Shown here: positions 60,168 to 63,916 of the stretch, piece by piece
Position numbering within the stretch: the stretch's first letter is position 1
How the letters are laid out: each line of letters begins with the position of its first letter
DNA from: an uncultured Eubacteriales bacterium
GTDB lineage: Bacteria > Bacillota > Clostridia > Christensenellales > UBA1242
Direction: 5' to 3'
DNA: 63,916 bases
Assembly (NCBI GenBank): GCA_949841245.1
Contig: CATKYT010000004.1
Location: 1 to 63,916 of the forward strand
Program-made: the position numbers and the translations under genes
The notes under the pieces: generated by a model
What the model was told of the DNA's origin: nothing
The model's input: the letters and a program-made list of their open reading frames with translations, nothing else
The model's database searches: none

Positions 60168-61337
60168 TTATTCAGCAACAGGAACTCTTGCTTGCAATTT
60201 GATTCCTTCTTCTTCTGGCAAATAATCGACTACATTAAAACTGCTTTCAGGGTTCAAAACATATTTTCCAGTTTCCTTATCTTGAACAAGTGGAGATTTA
60301 AACGCATAATAATCTGTCACTTTTTCATCAAGCAAAAGTCGTGGTGTGGCAAACCCAAGAGCAGTTAAAAATTCATGGTTTGCTTCCAAAGTGTTGACAA
60401 TGAAATCAGCACGCAAAAATTGTTTTGTTGAAACAACTCTTTTTGCATATGCTTCATAGTCAGTTGCATTTAATTCAAATTCTCTGGCAATTTTAAGTTC
60501 GCCTTTCATGTCAACTGGATTGTTTAAAATTTTATCTTTAAACTTAATAAATTCTTTTCTTGTCTTTTGGCAAAGAATAAGTTTTTCAATTTTCTTATCT
60601 GTAAGTTTTTTAAGTCTTTGAGTTACTATTTCTGCATGTGACAAACTCATGTCTATAATAAATGGAACATGTCTGTCATAGATGTGACTGTTTGCCACAA
60701 TATGCAAAAGTTTTCCAGGTTTAAGACCATGAACATGGGCAAACATATGAATAAGTGCCGCATACTGAGCAACATTCCAACTTCCAGCAGCCAAAAGATC
60801 ATTAGATCGTTGAGTTAACATTAAATTTAACTTTCCATCTGACACATCAAACTGTGCTCCATGCACGCAAGGATTAAGACCCATTTCATGCAAATCTTTA
60901 TGAACAAAAAGTTCTGTTAAATTGCTTCTGTTTGCTGGTTGGTTTTTAAGATAAAAATGAACACGATCAACTTGATCAAAACTGCCTTCTTTATATTTAG
61001 ACTTCTGAGCAAGTTGCCAACCATAAGCCTTGCCAATGCTTCCTGTTTCGTCTGCCCATTGGTCCCAAATGTGGCTGTTAAGCAAATTTATATTGTTGCT
61101 TTTAAGCACCCAAATCCAAATGATTTCATCAATGGCACCTTTCCAATTGGTGTTTCTCAGACTTATGATTGGAAATTCTTTTTCCAAATCATAAACTTGT
61201 GTCCAACCAAAAATCTTGGCAGTGTGAGCAGATGTTCCGTCTGCCCACTTTGGACGAACAATTTCTTTCGTGTCCCAAACACCTTCTTTTAAAATCTTGT
61301 GTGCATTTTTAAGATAAATTTCATTTGCTAAACTCAT
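60168..61337 (-). CDS. thyA: Thymidylate synthase (ThyA, Bacillus ThyA-like) with a ~100-aa insertion near the C-terminus
   Basis: Start set at MSLANEIY (61337) behind AAGGAGA. ThyA motifs RPKWADGTSAHT, IWDQWADE, NPCVHGAQF (catalytic Cys), TQRSNDLLAAG.WNVAQY, C-terminal ...RVPVAE. 389 aa, against the usual 264-320 aa. Confidence 0.85.
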   Translation of the reverse strand: MSLANEIYLKNAHKILKEGVWDTKEIVRPKWADGTSAHTAKIFGWTQVYDLEKEFPIISLRNTNWKGAIDEIIWIWVLKSNNINLLNSHIWDQWADETGSIGKAYGWQLAQKSKYKEGSFDQVDRVHFYLKNQPANRSNLTELFVHKDLHEMGLNPCVHGAQFDVSDGKLNLMLTQRSNDLLAAGSWNVAQYAALIHMFAHVHGLKPGKLLHIVANSHIYDRHVPFIIDMSLSHAEIVTQRLKKLTDKKIEKLILCQKTRKEFIKFKDKILNNPVDMKGELKIAREFELNATDYEAYAKRVVSTKQFLRADFIVNTLEANHEFLTALGFATPRLLLDEKVTDYYAFKSPLVQDKETGKYVLNPESSFNVVDYLPEEEGIKLQARVPVAE

Positions 61338-61436
61338 TATTTTCTCCTTTTCCAAATTTTATCTTTACAATTAATTGTAACACATTAAGTTTCGCTTTCA
61401 AAATTTTTAAAGAAAAAAATCGCAAAAAAGCGATTT

Positions 61437-62813
61437 TTAAAAATTATTATTTTCCACAAAGTCTTGATATTTTTCAATATCAGTTACATCAAAAGCATAG
61501 CCTTGTCCAATTTCTTTAAAGTTGTTGAACTTATAAAATTCTTCACTTACAGAGTTTTTGTCAGTAACAATAATTATGTCTTGCACGCCTTTTGCTCTTT
61601 GATTGGTAATGCCATATTGTAAAAGTGCAGTCGCCACATTCTTTTGGCGGAAAAGTGGCAAAGTGCCAATTTTTGTTATGAAAGATTCAATGGCATTGTG
61701 CATCAAAATTAAAAAAGCAATTGGTTTTTCTTTATAATATGCCACATAGGCACAGAATTTGTAACCATTCACTTCATCAGTTAAATTGATGTTTTTTAAA
61801 TTTTGAATTTCTGCTTTTTGGCTTTTTGTAAGTTCTTTTTCGCTGTCCTTTTTGAAATAACATTTTATATAAAGTTCAACAATGTCAAAAATCTTAGTTT
61901 CATCAACTTCCTTAAATTCCACTTCTTTAAGCATACATTTGGTATTGTTCATATTGAAACCATAAATCAATTTCATCAAAACATCGTTTCGCTCAATTGG
62001 AAAAAACATGTTTAATGTGTGTGCAAGACTTGTTTCGTTGTTGTAATGTCTGGTGTTAAATGGAAAATAGACAACTTCTTTAATGTTGTTGTTTTTGCAT
62101 TCTTCCTTAATTTTTTGAATAGAGTCAAAAACATTTTTATAATCTTTCAAAACACAATAATTGCAATGTGAAGTTTTGTCACCATTGTTGGAAACAACCA
62201 TGTCAAAAGTGTTGAAATTTGAAATGTTGCTTCCCCATAAATTTTTGTTTGCAGAAATAAATCTTTGAGAAATATGTATAGGGTTTTCTGTTGTGTTGGA
62301 ATATTTAATTAAAGAAATGACAGAAGCAATTGCACAGAACAATTGACATGCTGCACTTGTGTAAGCACCTAATACAATGTAATATGGGAAAAGTAAAAGT
62401 CCGTCAATCACATAACTTACACGCAAAATTGTAACATTGTTTTGCCAAGTTGAAATTGTGATTAAAGACAAACTGAAAAACATAACCAAATCAAGTGGTC
62501 CGTCCCAGAAAACAACGGTTATTACAGTAACATAAACCAGCACCAAAAGCACAATAGCTAAATCAGGTTTTCTGTTCAACTTGCTGTAAACAAAATAAAT
62601 GATTGTTCTTACAGTTGCACCAACAACCAAAAGTGCGCCAGAAAGAGTTCCGCTGAATAACAAAACAATTACAGACAACACATTTGAAAATGTCAACCAA
62701 AGCATTATCTTCCATTTAACTTTAAAAAAGAAAGAAGCAGAAAGAATGACAACTTGAATGATACCAATAGCCTGCACCAACCAAAAAGTAATTGTTGGGT
62801 CTAAATCTAACAT
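61437..62813 (-). CDS. Fusion of a YgjV-like membrane domain and a GNAT-like acetyltransferase domain (458 aa)
   Basis: The N-terminal ~170 aa has about 5 TMs similar to the 37442-37999 product. The C-terminus has GNAT-like beta4-alpha3 (IAFLILMH...IGTLPLFRQKNVATALL). Confidence 0.75.
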   Translation of the reverse strand: MLDLDPTITFWLVQAIGIIQVVILSASFFFKVKWKIMLWLTFSNVLSVIVLLFSGTLSGALLVVGATVRTIIYFVYSKLNRKPDLAIVLLVLVYVTVITVVFWDGPLDLVMFFSLSLITISTWQNNVTILRVSYVIDGLLLFPYYIVLGAYTSAACQLFCAIASVISLIKYSNTTENPIHISQRFISANKNLWGSNISNFNTFDMVVSNNGDKTSHCNYCVLKDYKNVFDSIQKIKEECKNNNIKEVVYFPFNTRHYNNETSLAHTLNMFFPIERNDVLMKLIYGFNMNNTKCMLKEVEFKEVDETKIFDIVELYIKCYFKKDSEKELTKSQKAEIQNLKNINLTDEVNGYKFCAYVAYYKEKPIAFLILMHNAIESFITKIGTLPLFRQKNVATALLQYGITNQRAKGVQDIIIVTDKNSVSEEFYKFNNFKEIGQGYAFDVTDIEKYQDFVENNNF

Positions 62814-62932
62814 ATCATAACTCCTTTAAATCAAAGTTATTTTAAATAATTCGACAAAAATTGTCAAACAAAAAGGATAAATGAAAAAACATATTTATTT
62901 AGCAAAAATTAATAAAACACTAATAAATTATG

Positions 62933-63359
62933 TTAGTTTTTATACTTTTTTCGGCTTTTAAGCCACAAATAACAACCACTCATAACTTTTGGGTTATAAT
63001 CAAATCCACATTTTACATAAAAACTTATATTTTCAGTTGTTGGCAACAATTCAAGAAGAAAAACATCATGTTTGTCAACAAACTCTTGAAGTTTTGCCAA
63101 CAAATATTTAATCATTTGCCTGCCAACACCTTGTCCTTGATATTCTGGCAAAACTGCGACATTAATCAATGTTCCTTGCATTGCTTTGTCGCTGATTATT
63201 CTTGCCATTCCTACAATTACCCCCCCCGCTTATTGCACTCACGAGAAAATGAGATTTTTTTAAAGCCTTTTTTACTTCTTTGTCTTCAATAAATTCCCAA
63301 CCAACAGCAGAACAAATTTTTTGATAATCTTTTACAGAAATTCTATCTATAAATTCCAT
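62933..63359 (-). pseudogene. GNAT acetyltransferase interrupted by a frameshift in a G8 homopolymer (pseudogene, phase-variable gene or assembly error)
   Basis: N-terminal ORF ...HFLVSAISGGG and C-terminal ORF MARIISDKAMQGTLINVAVLPEYQGQGVGRQM are in different frames across C8 at 63220-63227. With 7 G the read-through is ...SGGVIVGMARIISD..., a typical GNAT beta-strand junction. Confidence 0.8.
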
Positions 63360-63369
63360 ATAATCTCCT

Positions 63370-63888
63370 TTATATGTGTTTTTTTAATTCTTTGCAAACC
63401 CAATCTTTATATTCTTTGGAATGATTTACAAATTCATCTGAATAGAAAAGTTTTTCAAATTGGTCATAAGGCAAAAACTGAACTTCGGCAACTTCTTCTT
63501 TTTGAAGTGTAAAGTCTTTTAAATCAGCATCAGTTTTAAGCAAATAAACCTGAGCCAATTCCCAACTTGATTGTGCCAACCATTCTTTAAGAAAAATGTA
63601 ATCACTTTCTTTGGTCACAAGCCCAAGTTCTTCTTTTGTTTCCCTTACACAACCTTGAAGGATACTTTCCCCCGCATTAACATGTCCAGCACTTGGCATA
63701 TCCCATTTATTTGGGTGTTTCTTCTTAGTGGATGCTCGTTTTTGAACTAAGATTCTCCCCCCCCCGCGTATAATCCAAATACAAAAAGGGTTATGATAGC
63801 ACATTGGGTTTTGACTGTGACAAAAACTTTTTGGTTTAACTCCCAAAAAATTGCCATTTAAATCAAATGTGTCAAAAAATTCTTCCAT
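63370..63888 (-). CDS. NUDIX hydrolase (Idi-like subfamily), paralog of 42908-43447
   Basis: Nudix box AGHVNAGESILQGCVRETKEELGL. Start set at MEEFFDT (63888) behind GGAGAA. Contains an in-frame G9 tract (C9 at 63767-63775). Confidence 0.85.
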   Translation of the reverse strand: MEEFFDTFDLNGNFLGVKPKSFCHSQNPMCYHNPFCIWIIRGGGRILVQKRASTKKKHPNKWDMPSAGHVNAGESILQGCVRETKEELGLVTKESDYIFLKEWLAQSSWELAQVYLLKTDADLKDFTLQKEEVAEVQFLPYDQFEKLFYSDEFVNHSKEYKDWVCKELKKHI

Positions 63889-63916
63889 GCTTTTCTCCAA
63901 AAAACTTTAAACAACT

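Overview
AT-rich bacterial chromosomal segment (roughly one-third G+C, judged by eye). Gene order is typical of Bacillota: ychF; mrnC-rlmB-sigH; glnS; gyrB-[MazG-like]-gyrA; helD; hisS-metG; comEC-holA; dnaG-rpoD; groES-groEL; thyA. I support about 57 protein-coding genes and 10 tRNA genes: initiator Met, Leu-UAG, a six-gene minus-strand array Gly-Arg-His-Gln-Lys-Gln, and Ser-CGA. I see no rRNA, CRISPR array, transposase or integrase. The genetic code looks standard: TAA dominates, but TGA and TAG also end well-supported genes. Four very large membrane-anchored proteins of unknown function (1652, 1503, 873 and 774 aa) take up about a fifth of the window. The strongest unexplained signal is at the nucleic-acid level. 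Two homologous, hairpin-rich elements of about 130-140 nt lie just downstream of tRNA-Gln(UUG) and tRNA-Ser(CGA). Each is built from an inverted and a direct copy of its own tRNA's T-arm, with hairpin inserts in the T-loops. Each ends in a duplicate of the tRNA 3' end plus flank, and the hairpin stems covary between the two loci. Other points worth a second look: a candidate selenoprotein start at the left edge (in-frame TGA in a C-A-TGA-C context with a downstream hairpin); a dense DnaA-box cluster upstream of hisS with no dnaA/dnaN nearby; G8-G9 homopolymers inside three small enzyme genes, one of which splits a GNAT gene; a BclA/collagen-like protein with periodic interruptions; a tandem pair of Cys-rich paralogs; an expanded ThyA; and a YgjV-GNAT fusion. 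All functional calls rest on my own motif recognition and synteny. No database search was run.
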